From Marsupella aquatica (Eukaryota; Plantae; Marchantiophyta), in NCBI GenBank assembly GCA_973895155.1, contig OZ316891.1:27255561-27319560 (forward strand): a stretch of 64,000 nt of DNA, in the 5' to 3' direction. A model generated the notes under the pieces. The model saw nothing but the letters and a program-made list of their open reading frames with translations, ran no database searches and was not told where the DNA came from. Position numbers and translations under genes: made by a program. This document shows, piece by piece, positions 62,960-64,000 of the stretch. The number at the start of each line of letters is the position of its first letter. The stretch's first letter is position 1.

Positions 62960-64000
62960 ACTTACCACATCCAAGAGTTTACCGCTCCATCTTTCAAGCT
63001 CCAAAGACTGCGTCTCCTTTGGAAACATTTGTTTACAGGTTGCCCAGTCTGGTTGGCCAAACAATTGTACAAAGAGTTTACTGATCTTCACAAGCTTCTT
63101 GTAACTTTCAGCCTCTTTTGCCATCTGCTCAAGATTAATCATTCTATCCTTGACTCAAAGAAGAAGGGATTCCAAAAACCTGTCCTGCTCAATCCCTTGG
63201 ATCGCTCTCCAAGGCGTCAAAGCGAGCCCCCCTGCTAGCTTGTTCAAAGGTTTCACGACGGGTGTGGCCTTTTGCTTCCCTTTCTTCAGTATCTTCACCG
63301 AGGATTTTTGTTTGTTCTGCCCCTTTATCTCGAATCTATTCCACATGTCAAAGATCTGGTCTTGGAGGTCCCAAACTTTTCCAGATCTAAATAATATCTG
63401 AAAAAGAGGTTCGTGCTTCTTCAGTGTTTTCCCAACCCCTGGAATGAAGCCATCAAGACATACCTCCGACGCGCAGGCCTCTCGAGTCTCTTTTGTTTTT
63501 TGCATGCCTCTAGCAAGGAAGACCTTATGCATTGTTCGGATTTGATCAATATTGTTCATCTTTTTTCGATACTCCTGGTCAATATTGTGTTGAATACTGA
63601 GTTTTTGAACATCGTCCCTTGTAAGCCTTGCATAGACCCATGCTTGAAGTTCATTGAAGATTTCTCGACCATAAGCCTCAAACAGTTCTCTTTTAGCTCG
63701 CGCTCCATGATTACCCCCAATTACCCGATATCTCCAGGTCGATGCCTTGGCCGGGTCCCAATCTGCAACCGACGGACAATCTTCCGGAATAACAAACAAC
63801 ACAAATGGCATAGTGAAATTTGTTGGATTCAACTTCATCAAAGTTTTGATATTCTCCACGTGCAAACGATCAACAGTCCGAACCAACGTGGAGTTCTGAT
63901 CATTCATGTCATCGACCAGGAGGAGGTTTGTTGTTTTCAGAATGACGGTGGTCTTCTAAACTCTTTTTGTCTCCATTAAGTGAGACACTTCTTCCCTTAC
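62960..64000 (-). pseudogene. ParB/Srx-like domain protein (5' end beyond window), upstream of the MTase remnant
   Basis: VRTVDRLHVENIK..M..P..YRVIGGNHGARAKREL..HN resembles the ParB-fold nucleotide-binding motif; ORFs 63155-63907 and 62933-63142 share a frame, separated by one TGA. Confidence 0.62.

Noticed and set aside
62320-64000. Bacterial contamination or prophage
   Set aside because: Contiguous with intron-containing and eukaryote-type genes (Ulp1, FCP1) and shows the same decay pattern; no operon-like context

Overview
This is eukaryotic nuclear DNA from a land plant. It has GT-AG introns, plant RPS7/HKT/COR413 homologues and an iMet-primed Copia; a bryophyte, probably a liverwort, is my inference from the TE protein types. 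The window is TE-dominated. The only clearly intact host gene is RPS7 (11638-12920), next to decayed COR413-, DPH4- and HKT/Trk-like genes. A MULE-SWIM transposase gene is split by two insertions: a full-length Ty1/Copia (44657-51584) in its intron, and an unusual 9.9-kb Ty3/Gypsy-type element (32953-42837). That element is the main finding. It has split direct repeats (A1...B1-A2-B2) instead of LTRs, yet encodes a DDE integrase with a PHD finger and has a 4-bp TSD. It carries a C5 cytosine methyltransferase between protease and RT, and has an array of nine 25-bp palindromes in its leader. The right end (54-64 kb) is a second candidate system, possibly one large DNA transposon. It contains a Sola-like DDD transposase, a ParB-like domain followed by an N4/N6-type methyltransferase remnant, Ulp1 protease and FCP1 phosphatase cargo, and about ten dispersed 16-bp GGGATCCNNGGATCCC-type palindromes. 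All family calls are by motif recognition; no database search was run.
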